Origin: a virus
Lineage: Duplodnaviria > Caudoviricetes
Direction: 5' to 3' (one strand)
Virus record (IMG/VR): IMGVR_UViG_3300017707_000367
Location: 1 to 26,195 of that record
Length of the DNA stretch: 26,195 nt
Notes under the pieces: generated by a model
Database searches by the model: none
What the model was told of the DNA's origin: nothing
The model's input: the letters and a program-made list of their open reading frames with translations, nothing else
Part shown: positions 7,545-15,023 of the stretch, in pieces
Numbering within the stretch: the stretch's first letter is position 1
Layout of the letters: the number at the start of each line of letters is the position of its first letter
Position numbers and translations under genes: made by a program

Positions 7545-8069
7545 ATGAATACACAAGAAGAATGGAAAGCAATTGCGGAATGCAATGGTCAGTACTATGT
7601 CTCCAGTTGGGGGCGGGTTAAAAGTTTTAAAGGTGGAAAGGAAAGAATTTTAAAATATGCACTGTATAATGGTTATCCATATGTGCATTTAAAATTAAAT
7701 CAATCTAAAGATAAAGTAATTTCAATACATCGTTTAGTTGCTATCTATTTTTTGGAAAATCCTAAAAACAAAAAAACTGTTAACCATAAGGATGGCAACA
7801 AATCCAACAATCATATTGATAATCTTGAATGGATGAGTCAAAAAGAAAATGTCCAACACGCTTGGCAAAATGGATTGTGCGAAAAGCAACGATTGGCTAT
7901 GGGCAAAGCAAAATCAAAGCCGGTTATTGATATTGTAAGTGGTAAGAAATACGATTCACTAACTTTGGCTTGTCAAGATATTGGTGAAAATTATAGCACT
8001 CACAATACTCGTATATTTTATCAACGTAAAAATCAACGCTTTTTTTATTTAAACGATGGCAACAGATAA
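7545..8069 (+). CDS. NUMOD4-HNH homing endonuclease
   Basis: EEWKAI...YYVSSWGRVKS (NUMOD4); IHRLVA..F...VNHKDGNKSNNHIDNLEW (HNH_3); more AT-rich than its flanks. Confidence 0.93.
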   Translation: MNTQEEWKAIAECNGQYYVSSWGRVKSFKGGKERILKYALYNGYPYVHLKLNQSKDKVISIHRLVAIYFLENPKNKKTVNHKDGNKSNNHIDNLEWMSQKENVQHAWQNGLCEKQRLAMGKAKSKPVIDIVSGKKYDSLTLACQDIGENYSTHNTRIFYQRKNQRFFYLNDGNR

Positions 8070-8610
8070 AAAATCATTCTTGCTTTACTGCGACCTAATT
8101 CACACGGTTGAGCAGTTAACTGATGAACAAGCCGGTCATTTGTTTAAGCACATATTACGCTATGTAAACGATGAAGAACCACAAACGGAGAATGTAATCA
8201 CACGGATAGCATTTGAACCAATCAAACAATCACTAAAGAGAGATTTGCAGAAATACGAAGATATACGAAAGCGTAATCAAGATAACGCTCGTAAGCGGTG
8301 GGATGCGACCGCATCAAGTGGCATACCAAAGAGTACCAAAAATGCCGATAGTGTAAGTGATAGTGTAAGTGTAAGTGTAAATGATAAAAAAGTATTTAAT
8401 AAACCAAGCATTGAAGATGTTAAAACTTATATGAAAGAACTCGGAATGAATGACATTTCGGAAAGATGGATGTCTCATTATGAATCAAACGGTTGGTTGG
8501 TTGGTAAAAATAAAATGAAAGATTGGAAAGCATCGGTGAGAACTTGGAAATTAAATAATCTCCAAACCGAGGAAATTAAAACTAACAAACCTAAAATTGC
8601 AGTACTATGA
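8056..8610 (+). CDS. Putative replication initiator (DUF6291-like N-terminus)
   Basis: KKSFLLYCD...LTDEQAGHLFKHI; C-terminal F.KPSIEDV...HYESNGWLVGKNKMKDWKASVRTW; directly upstream of DnaB. Confidence 0.75.
   Translation: MATDKKSFLLYCDLIHTVEQLTDEQAGHLFKHILRYVNDEEPQTENVITRIAFEPIKQSLKRDLQKYEDIRKRNQDNARKRWDATASSGIPKSTKNADSVSDSVSVSVNDKKVFNKPSIEDVKTYMKELGMNDISERWMSHYESNGWLVGKNKMKDWKASVRTWKLNNLQTEEIKTNKPKIAVL
8347..8385 (+). repeat. Tandem hexamer/dodecamer repeat in the initiator gene
   Basis: GATAGTGTAAGT x2 then GTAAGT GTAAAT GAT (encodes DSVSDSVSVSVND). Confidence 0.85.
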
Positions 8611-9839
8611 ACACAGAAAGAATCATCCTATCCAATATGCTGTTTTACGATGACGCAAAACACTTCCTTCCAAGAATCAACAAGAACTGGTTTACAGATT
8701 CAATGTCATCCAAATTGGTTGAAGTTATGACAGAGATGTACTACAACAACGAAGCCATTGACTATGTGAGTTTATCCAAACACTTTGACAGAGTTCAAGT
8801 GCTGGAGATTATCCAACTACAACAACAAGCATCCGGCATCACAGACATCAAACCACACCTGATGAAACTTGAACACGATTACATCAAGAAGCAAGTTGTT
8901 GAAGGCGTTTTGTCTTTAGATGTAACAAAGGAATTGAATGAGCTTGTGACTGACATTCAAAATGTAGTTGAACGCACAACATTCTCAACACACAAAGAAC
9001 CATCCAGTATTGTCAAGGTGACTAACAAGGTTGTTGATCAAATCGTTTTCAATGCACAGAATGGTGGAAACTTGACTGGAAAGCAAACCGAATGGAGATT
9101 TCTTGACAAGTACATTGGTGGATACAATGAAGGGGATTTGATTGTGGTTGCTGGAAGACCGGGAATGGGAAAGACGGCAATTGCTTTGACCTTAACAAAG
9201 GAGTTTGCACAGATTGGTGGGAAGGCATTGTTCATTTCACTTGAGATGTCCAATGAGCAACTTGCAAAGAGATACATTTCCCTGATTGGAGACATTGCAA
9301 ATTGGAAAATTCGCAACGGACAATTGAGAGAGAATGAAATCCTTCAGGTGTGTGATATTGCCAACAGACAAACGATTGAGTTCTTCATTGATGATGATGT
9401 GGATTCTCGCATTGGACAAATCAAAGCCAAAGCCAAACTTCACAAATCAACGAAGGGATTGAACTTGCTGGTGATTGACTACATTCAGTTAATCAAAGGA
9501 ACAAAGACAAACCGTGAACAAGAGATTGCAGAGATATCACGAACGCTGAAACTCCTTGCAAAGGAACTTAAAATCACGGTGATGATACTTGCACAGTTAT
9601 CACGGAAGAGTGAAGAGAGAGCAGACAAGAGACCGATGTTGAGTGACCTTCGGGAATCAGGTGCAATTGAACAAGATGCCGACATCGTGATGTTTCCATT
9701 CCGACCAATGTACTATGAGCAAGAAAAACCCGAAATGGAAGAAGCGGAGTTGATAATCGCAAAGAACCGAAACGGAGAGTGCGTGACAATACCGACATAC
9801 TTTGAAGGAATGTACACAAGTTATAAAGAGAAGATATGA
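8607..9839 (+). CDS. dnaB: Replicative DNA helicase (DnaB family)
   Basis: Walker A GRPGMGKT, SLEMS, IDYIQL, AQLSR, RP.LSDLRESGAIEQDAD, IAKNRNG. Confidence 0.97.
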   Translation: MNTERIILSNMLFYDDAKHFLPRINKNWFTDSMSSKLVEVMTEMYYNNEAIDYVSLSKHFDRVQVLEIIQLQQQASGITDIKPHLMKLEHDYIKKQVVEGVLSLDVTKELNELVTDIQNVVERTTFSTHKEPSSIVKVTNKVVDQIVFNAQNGGNLTGKQTEWRFLDKYIGGYNEGDLIVVAGRPGMGKTAIALTLTKEFAQIGGKALFISLEMSNEQLAKRYISLIGDIANWKIRNGQLRENEILQVCDIANRQTIEFFIDDDVDSRIGQIKAKAKLHKSTKGLNLLVIDYIQLIKGTKTNREQEIAEISRTLKLLAKELKITVMILAQLSRKSEERADKRPMLSDLRESGAIEQDADIVMFPFRPMYYEQEKPEMEEAELIIAKNRNGECVTIPTYFEGMYTSYKEKI

Positions 9840-11098
9840 AACACGGTTCATTGTTTAGCGGAATAGGTGGGTTTGATCTCGCTGCCGAATGGATGGGATG
9901 GGAGAATGTCTTTCATTGCGAATGGATGGAGTTCCCACGAAAAGTATTGGACTATCACTTCCCTGATGCGGATAGTCACATTGATATATGTAAAACTGAT
10001 TTCAAAAAATATGCAAACAAAATTGACATTCTTACTGGAGGATTCCCCTGCCAACCATTCTCCCTTGCCGGGAAAAGAAAAGGCACGGATGATGAACGCT
10101 ACTTGTGGGGCGAAATGCTACGAGCAATTCAAGAGATTAAACCCAAATTCGTCATCGCAGAAAATGTCTTTGGTATCACGAATATTGATGGCGGATTGGT
10201 ATTCGAGCAGGTGTGCCTTGACTTGGAAACTCAAGGGTACGAAGTTCAGCCGTTTATTATTCCAGCTTCAGCCAAAAACGCACCGCACCGAAGAGACCGA
10301 TGCTGGTTTGTTGCCTACGCCAACGGCAATGATGGACGAAGCACCAATAGAGAAAGTGGATGCCAGGAATCAAAAACAAATGGAGAAGGGGAACAGTCCG
10401 TTTATTCTCGGACTTGGACAACAAGCAATGAGGGGGATGCTACCGACACCAAGAACTGCGGATGCAGAAGGGGGATGTGTCAAAAATGTGCAGATGGAAA
10501 ACGGGAATTATTTCAGAACCAACAAGGAGGGTGTGAGATGGGGTGTGAAATTGAGGGATGTTGTGGAGTCGGGGATGCTACCAACACCAACGGCAATGGA
10601 TTCAACGAACGCAACGGCAACAATGAAATCAACACAAGTGAAGGAGGGGAGTATGCACTCGGTGACATTGACAAGAGCAATGGCAATGGGGATGCTACCG
10701 ACACCAAAAGCAATGGAAGCTCCATCGGCAAGTTGGGAGAATCGCAAACCAAACAGCAAGTTCAAACCAGGAGTGACATTGACGGATTTGAAAGTGTGGG
10801 GGATGCTACCGACACCAACGGTATCGGACAAGAACGGAAGCGGAAGCAAGGAGGCGTTGGAAAAAAGGGGGAGAGGGGAACGCAACGATTTAGGCAGTTG
10901 GGCAACAATGAACACCGATGGGAAAAATTCCCAACTCAATCCCCGGTTTGTGGCGGAGATGATGGGATTCCCACCGAACTGGACGGAATTACCTTTTCAA
11001 AGTGGAGAGCAGAATCAATCAAAGGATATGGGAATGCCATAGTTCCACAAATCGCATATCAACTTTTTGAAATAATACAAGAACTAAATGCAAAATAA
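9836..11098 (+). CDS. C5 cytosine DNA methyltransferase, main (alpha-like) polypeptide
   Basis: Motif I FSGIGG, IV GFPCQPFS, VI ENV, VIII HRRDRCWFVA, X KGYGNAIVPQ; no recognisable motif IX in this frame. Confidence 0.93.
   Translation: MKHGSLFSGIGGFDLAAEWMGWENVFHCEWMEFPRKVLDYHFPDADSHIDICKTDFKKYANKIDILTGGFPCQPFSLAGKRKGTDDERYLWGEMLRAIQEIKPKFVIAENVFGITNIDGGLVFEQVCLDLETQGYEVQPFIIPASAKNAPHRRDRCWFVAYANGNDGRSTNRESGCQESKTNGEGEQSVYSRTWTTSNEGDATDTKNCGCRRGMCQKCADGKRELFQNQQGGCEMGCEIEGCCGVGDATNTNGNGFNERNGNNEINTSEGGEYALGDIDKSNGNGDATDTKSNGSSIGKLGESQTKQQVQTRSDIDGFESVGDATDTNGIGQERKRKQGGVGKKGERGTQRFRQLGNNEHRWEKFPTQSPVCGGDDGIPTELDGITFSKWRAESIKGYGNAIVPQIAYQLFEIIQELNAK
9867..11042 (+). CDS. Overlapping alternate-frame methyltransferase polypeptide (beta-like) with five LPTP modules and motif IX
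   Basis: 391 stop-free codons in the +1 frame; ends LNPRFVAEMMGFPPNWT (motif IX-like); true start unknown. Confidence 0.75.
   Translation: MGLISLPNGWDGRMSFIANGWSSHEKYWTITSLMRIVTLIYVKLISKNMQTKLTFLLEDSPANHSPLPGKEKARMMNATCGAKCYEQFKRLNPNSSSQKMSLVSRILMADWYSSRCALTWKLKGTKFSRLLFQLQPKTHRTEETDAGLLPTPTAMMDEAPIEKVDARNQKQMEKGNSPFILGLGQQAMRGMLPTPRTADAEGGCVKNVQMENGNYFRTNKEGVRWGVKLRDVVESGMLPTPTAMDSTNATATMKSTQVKEGSMHSVTLTRAMAMGMLPTPKAMEAPSASWENRKPNSKFKPGVTLTDLKVWGMLPTPTVSDKNGSGSKEALEKRGRGERNDLGSWATMNTDGKNSQLNPRFVAEMMGFPPNWTELPFQSGEQNQSKDMGMP
10433..10818 (+). repeat. Four dispersed 20-bp direct repeats GGGGATGCTACCRACACCAA
   Basis: Copies at 10433, 10571, 10688 and 10799 (spacings 138/117/111); a diverged fifth copy near 10305. 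Confidence 0.92.
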
Positions 11099-11105
11099 CA
11101 TTCTA

Positions 11106-11579
11106 ATGAACCCGTATCAAGAAACCCACAACCTGAAGCAAGAAATTCGCAGATTGCGTTTACAGATTACAGAGATAACCGTCAAGCACGACAAAGAAAT
11201 TAAAAGGCTTAAACAAGAAATCATCAACCCCAAGTGCGATTTGAATACCATTGATGCTGACTGGACAGATGCAATGAGGGTTTGTTGTCAAGCCTACGAT
11301 GTGACACCTGATCTTGTTATTTCATCATTGAGAAAACAATCGGTGGTGTATGCCCGTCATATGTTTTCCTTCATTTGCCGTAAGCATTTGAAGATGACAT
11401 TCTCATCAATTGGCTATATATTAGGGAGAGACCATTCCAGCGTGATGAATGCCATCAATGTGTTTGACAATTTAATTACACACGACAAAACCATACGACA
11501 AACCTATGAAACATCCGTTCAGTTATTGGGTGATTACTTGCACCAAAGGACTCTCGTCATCGATACACATTTTGTATGA
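11106..11579 (+). CDS. Protein with a DnaA C-terminal (domain IV)-like HTH
   Basis: SSLRKQSVVYARHMFSFICRKHLKMTFSSIGYILGRDHSSVMNA matches the Bac_DnaA_C pattern; N-terminal coiled coil; start 11088 or 11106. Confidence 0.85.
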   Translation: MNPYQETHNLKQEIRRLRLQITEITVKHDKEIKRLKQEIINPKCDLNTIDADWTDAMRVCCQAYDVTPDLVISSLRKQSVVYARHMFSFICRKHLKMTFSSIGYILGRDHSSVMNAINVFDNLITHDKTIRQTYETSVQLLGDYLHQRTLVIDTHFV

Positions 11580-11655
11580 GGAAGATCAGGTGATAAGATG
11601 TCAAAAAAAATACGAAAAAGATGGTTATATTTGCATTATTGAAAAGAAAAATTGA
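11506..11655 (+). CDS. 49-aa hypothetical protein (not in ORF track)
   Basis: MKHPFSYWVITCTKG...DGYICIIEKKN; its stop overlaps the TTG start at 11652. Confidence 0.45.
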   Translation: MKHPFSYWVITCTKGLSSSIHILYEEDQVIRCQKKYEKDGYICIIEKKN

Positions 11656-12161
11656 ATAAAGCCGACATCATATTGGAACTATCCAAAGCAGATTGGCTGA
11701 GGAAAGCAACCAAGAACATTGCAAAAAACAATGAGTTGGCAAGGGAGTTGTATCAATTTTACTTTTTGACTATACTTGAGAAACCTGATGAGCAAATTGA
11801 AAAAATATACAGAGACGGATACATCCAGTTTTGGTCAATCCGTCTTTTATACCTTTGTATCAACGGCAACCGGCATCCCTTTGGCGAATCAAGAATATAT
11901 GATCAACACGATGTGTACGAGCTTGACTTCGCTGAGGAGATTGACTTACTGGATGAGAGGGAACAAGCCGAAGGAATTGAACTTGAACGAATCAACAAAA
12001 TAAACCAAGTCACAGAATCAGCATATTTTTATGAAAGGGAGTTATTCAAACTATGGTGTTCAGGAATGTCAGCAAGGGCAATCCACCGGAAGACAGACAT
12101 CTCCGTTCGTGAGGTGCTGCGAGTGATTAAATTAATGAAAGAAAGATGCACACAGAAATAA
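11652..12161 (+). CDS. Sigma-factor-like transcription regulator (probable late activator)
   Basis: LARELYQFYFL (region 2-like) and YERELFKLW.SGMSARAIHRKTDISVREV (region 4 HTH). Confidence 0.7.
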   Translation: MNKADIILELSKADWLRKATKNIAKNNELARELYQFYFLTILEKPDEQIEKIYRDGYIQFWSIRLLYLCINGNRHPFGESRIYDQHDVYELDFAEEIDLLDEREQAEGIELERINKINQVTESAYFYERELFKLWCSGMSARAIHRKTDISVREVLRVIKLMKERCTQK

Positions 12162-12400
12162 TTGGGATTGCTTGTTTGGCAATCATCATCGTAAACTTTG
12201 GCAAACCAGCCGATCTATTAAAACGCTATCTGTACGGAAGCGATTATTCAAAATGGAAGCGAATGAAACCCCTTGACTGTGCGTTCTGCTTGTCGTGGTG
12301 GTTGGGTTTGTCCTTTTTCCTATACACATACGGTTGGGTGGGGATACTTTACGCATCCATCGCCACCGTGATTGTCGCACTATTAGAAACTAAACTATGA
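12146..12400 (+). CDS. DUF1360-like membrane protein
   Basis: KPLDCAFCLSWW motif with hydrophobic helices. Confidence 0.6.
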   Translation: MHTEIIGIACLAIIIVNFGKPADLLKRYLYGSDYSKWKRMKPLDCAFCLSWWLGLSFFLYTYGWVGILYASIATVIVALLETKL

Positions 12401-12606
12401 CACCACAAGAGAAAGCGAAAGAATTGGTTGACAAATTCACCGTAGTTGGATTGCAACAACGAAACGAAGGGATTCAATGTGCATTGATTGCGGTTGATGA
12501 GATAGTAAAAGAAATTGAATGTAACGAATTTGATTTTCAATCAAATGTTCCAATGTCGGTGTATACATATTGGAAAAATGTAAAACAAGAAATAGAAAAA
12601 CTATGA
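12397..12606 (+). CDS. Hypothetical protein (MTP.EKA.EL family)
   Basis: MTPQEKAKEL...CALIAVDEI...YWKNVKQEIEKL; paralog at 14104. Confidence 0.75.
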   Translation: MTPQEKAKELVDKFTVVGLQQRNEGIQCALIAVDEIVKEIECNEFDFQSNVPMSVYTYWKNVKQEIEKL

Positions 12607-12875
12607 GCAACATTGAATTTATACTATCACTACAACCGTTGTACGACAACTGGAAGAAAACACAAGTATTTGCACCATCACCAGAACAAGGGGCAATCCT
12701 GAACAATGTCCACCGTGAAATCTTTGGAAGGAACTTGCCGAATTGCAGTACCTGTATAACCGAAGCCTTGCACTCACTTTTGATATGGGCAAACCAACAA
12801 CAAGAAGCCATCACCAAAGCACAACTTGCCGATGATGAGCAGAAACCAAAGAGGAGAAGAAAGAATGAGCAATAA
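12603..12875 (+). CDS. Hypothetical protein with CxxC
   Basis: MSNIEFIL...CSTC; ATGA-coupled start at 12603. Confidence 0.7.
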   Translation: MSNIEFILSLQPLYDNWKKTQVFAPSPEQGAILNNVHREIFGRNLPNCSTCITEALHSLLIWANQQQEAITKAQLADDEQKPKRRRKNEQ

Positions 12876-13065
12876 ACAACAAACGGCAGTGGAGTGGTTA
12901 TGGGAAATAGCATATAATCGAGAATTAACCGTTGAAGATTGGAAACAAGCCAAAGAAATGGAAGTGATGGGAAAGGAAACGAGTTATGCCGATGGTTACA
13001 AAGAAGGTTATAAACGAGCAATGGAATTGGTAGAGTGGGGAATTACAAAAAAAATAAAGGGCTAA
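12865..13065 (+). CDS. KQQTAV family microprotein 3
   Basis: MSNKQQTAVEWL...QAKEME; begins at an A repeat. Confidence 0.75.
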   Translation: MSNKQQTAVEWLWEIAYNRELTVEDWKQAKEMEVMGKETSYADGYKEGYKRAMELVEWGITKKIKG

Positions 13066-13068
13066 CAA

Positions 13069-13290
13069 ATGAAAGCAATCATTGAATTCAACCTTGACGA
13101 AGAACGAGCAGAGTTTGACTTTGCCATCAATGGGTCAAAATATCATTCAGTTATTTGGGACTTAGACAACCACCTAAGAGGATTAACAAAATATCCACCT
13201 GATAATCAAAGCGAAGACACCTACAACGCATTGCAAGAAACAAGAGACAAACTGAGAGAATTGCTGAATGAGTACAATCTTGAGTTATGA
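13069..13290 (+). CDS. Hypothetical protein
   Basis: 73 aa ORF, MKAIIEFNL..., coupled to the next gene. Confidence 0.75.
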   Translation: MKAIIEFNLDEERAEFDFAINGSKYHSVIWDLDNHLRGLTKYPPDNQSEDTYNALQETRDKLRELLNEYNLEL

Positions 13291-13544
13291 AGAAACACAC
13301 TATGGTATATTTCAATCACTTTGGCTATGACATAAGTGACTTCATCCCTTGTGAGGTGTGTGGTCAAACTGCCGTGGACATCCATCACATTGAACCAAGA
13401 CAAATGGGAGGGAGTAAGGAAGCCGATGCGATTGAAAACCTGATGGCATTATGTCGTGAGGATCACATCAAGTTTGGAGATAGGAAACAATACAAGGAGT
13501 GGTTAAAATCCATTCACGAACAAAGATTGTCAATGGTAAAATAA
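13287..13544 (+). CDS. Small HNH endonuclease (packaging-associated type)
   Basis: CEVCG...DIHH...NLMALCREDH; immediately upstream of TerS. Confidence 0.8.
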   Translation: MKKHTMVYFNHFGYDISDFIPCEVCGQTAVDIHHIEPRQMGGSKEADAIENLMALCREDHIKFGDRKQYKEWLKSIHEQRLSMVK

Positions 13545-13566
13545 CAGCGAAATAACAACGAGAGCA

Positions 13567-13944
13567 ATGGCAAATGAACAGAACTTGAAACCATTCAAAA
13601 AAGGTGGGGATGAAAGGATAAATCTGCAAGGAAGACCGCAGAAACTCATCACACAAATGAAGGAGATTGGGTACACCAAATCCCAAGTTGAAGATACGAT
13701 GTTGTCAATGTTGTCGCTTGGGCGTAAGGAACTGGAGAAGATAGACCGTGGTGATGAATACACGATAATGGAACGCACCATTGCCGGGGCATTGCTCAAA
13801 GGTCACGACAAGAACTCTCTGTTTAACTTGGAGATGTTGTTAACACGATCACAAGGCAAACCAAAAGAAACAATTGACCAAACGATAGAAAGTAAAAATT
13901 TCACAATAACTTTGAATTTAGATGAGAGCAAGTTGGAGAGGTGA
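13567..13944 (+). CDS. terS: Putative terminase small subunit
   Basis: N..NLKPFKKG...NLQGRP N-terminus and ..R..GKPK C-terminus typical of DUF5681-like TerS. Confidence 0.7.
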   Translation: MANEQNLKPFKKGGDERINLQGRPQKLITQMKEIGYTKSQVEDTMLSMLSLGRKELEKIDRGDEYTIMERTIAGALLKGHDKNSLFNLEMLLTRSQGKPKETIDQTIESKNFTITLNLDESKLER

Positions 13945-14107
13945 TGATAAACTCCCACCACAAGACGAAGACATCCAAGTGGTTTACACTACGGATGCAA
14001 GAATAACTTTGGCAAGGTACTTTGATGACCTTTGGGTTGATGAGTACACCAATGCAATTATTGATGTGGCATATTGGATGCCTATCCCAGTAACCCCGAA
14101 CGAATGA
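13922..14107 (+). CDS. DUF551-like protein
   Basis: W...DKLPP...V.YWMPIP pattern. Confidence 0.7.
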   Translation: MRASWRGDDKLPPQDEDIQVVYTTDARITLARYFDDLWVDEYTNAIIDVAYWMPIPVTPNE

Positions 14108-14283
14108 CATCACAAGACAAAGCAGAAGAAATCAAAGAATCGTTCAACAACTCGTTGACGGTGAAGGATTGCTCATTGGTTGCAGTTGACCAAATCATTG
14201 AGGCGTTGTCTCATAAAACTTGGGAGAATCGCAATGAGTTGATGTTTTATTTGGAGGTCAAAGAAATACTTCAACAACTATGA
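14104..14283 (+). CDS. Hypothetical protein, paralog of 12397..12606
   Basis: MTSQDKAEEI...CSLVAVDQII...FYLEVKEILQQL. Confidence 0.7.
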   Translation: MTSQDKAEEIKESFNNSLTVKDCSLVAVDQIIEALSHKTWENRNELMFYLEVKEILQQL

Positions 14284-15023
14284 GAGTTATCCAGTCGGGA
14301 CATCTTGGTGATTTGATCTATTCACTCACGGCAACCAAGCGAGTTGCAGAGTTACACGGTGGAGTAGATTTCCACATCGGATTCCGTGAGCAGAATACTG
14401 TTTCCGGTCATCCAAGCGGAGGATACTGTATGAACTTAAACTCATACGAATATATCAAGCCATTACTTGAGCATCAATCGTACATAAGAAAGGTTGAGAT
14501 GCACTCGCATATTGATATGGGGTATGACTTTGATAAGTTCAGGCATCACGGGTTGAATCTCGCTGCTGGTGATTTGAGACGCAATCACTTTCTTATCTAT
14601 CCCGAATTGATTACAGATCTTCACGAACCTTGCATTGAAGCCAGTGAACCGATTCCATACTTTGCGGACAAGATTCTCTTGAACTTCTCTGCTCGTTATC
14701 GCAATCACGATATCAACTATTTCCCATTGAAGGAACACAAGTGCGTTTTCTTTGGATACGAATCCGAGTACATCGCATTTACAGAGAGATGGCAGTTGGA
14801 TTGTGAACTATTGAAATGTCAGGATGCTTTGATGTTGGCAACCATTGTGGGCAGTTGCAAGGCGTTCATTGGCAATCAGTCAAGCACCTACGCAATCGCA
14901 GAGCAAATGAAAGTAAAACGATTGCTTGAGGTATGCGTTCACTCACCAAATGTTATACCTGTCAACAATGGCTTTGACTATCTCACGAATCAAGGCTTTA
15001 ATTACTTACTTAATACCCTATGA
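14280..15023 (+). CDS. GT9-like (heptosyltransferase-like) glycosyltransferase
   Basis: N-terminal GHLGDLI and C-terminal AFIGNQSSTYAIAE resemble GT9 GD and FIG.DSG..H.A motifs. Confidence 0.65.
   Translation: MRVIQSGHLGDLIYSLTATKRVAELHGGVDFHIGFREQNTVSGHPSGGYCMNLNSYEYIKPLLEHQSYIRKVEMHSHIDMGYDFDKFRHHGLNLAAGDLRRNHFLIYPELITDLHEPCIEASEPIPYFADKILLNFSARYRNHDINYFPLKEHKCVFFGYESEYIAFTERWQLDCELLKCQDALMLATIVGSCKAFIGNQSSTYAIAEQMKVKRLLEVCVHSPNVIPVNNGFDYLTNQGFNYLLNTL

Noticed and set aside
10433-10818. MTase repeats as CRISPR or a DGR template/variable repeat
   Set aside because: Inside two open frames with spacers of about 90-120 bp; no reverse transcriptase and no adenine-specific variant pair seen.
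9867-11042. Overlapping MTase ORF as a sequencing frameshift or pseudogene
   Set aside because: Both frames are uninterrupted and motif X returns in the main frame, so a single indel cannot explain the layout.
11626-11633. TATATTTG as a promoter for the sigma-like gene
   Set aside because: The -7 element matches but there is no TTG at the 20-nt spacing, and it lies within a probable small ORF; left uncalled.
12437-13021. 194-aa and other minus-strand ORFs across the window
   Set aside because: Antisense shadows of well-supported + strand genes.
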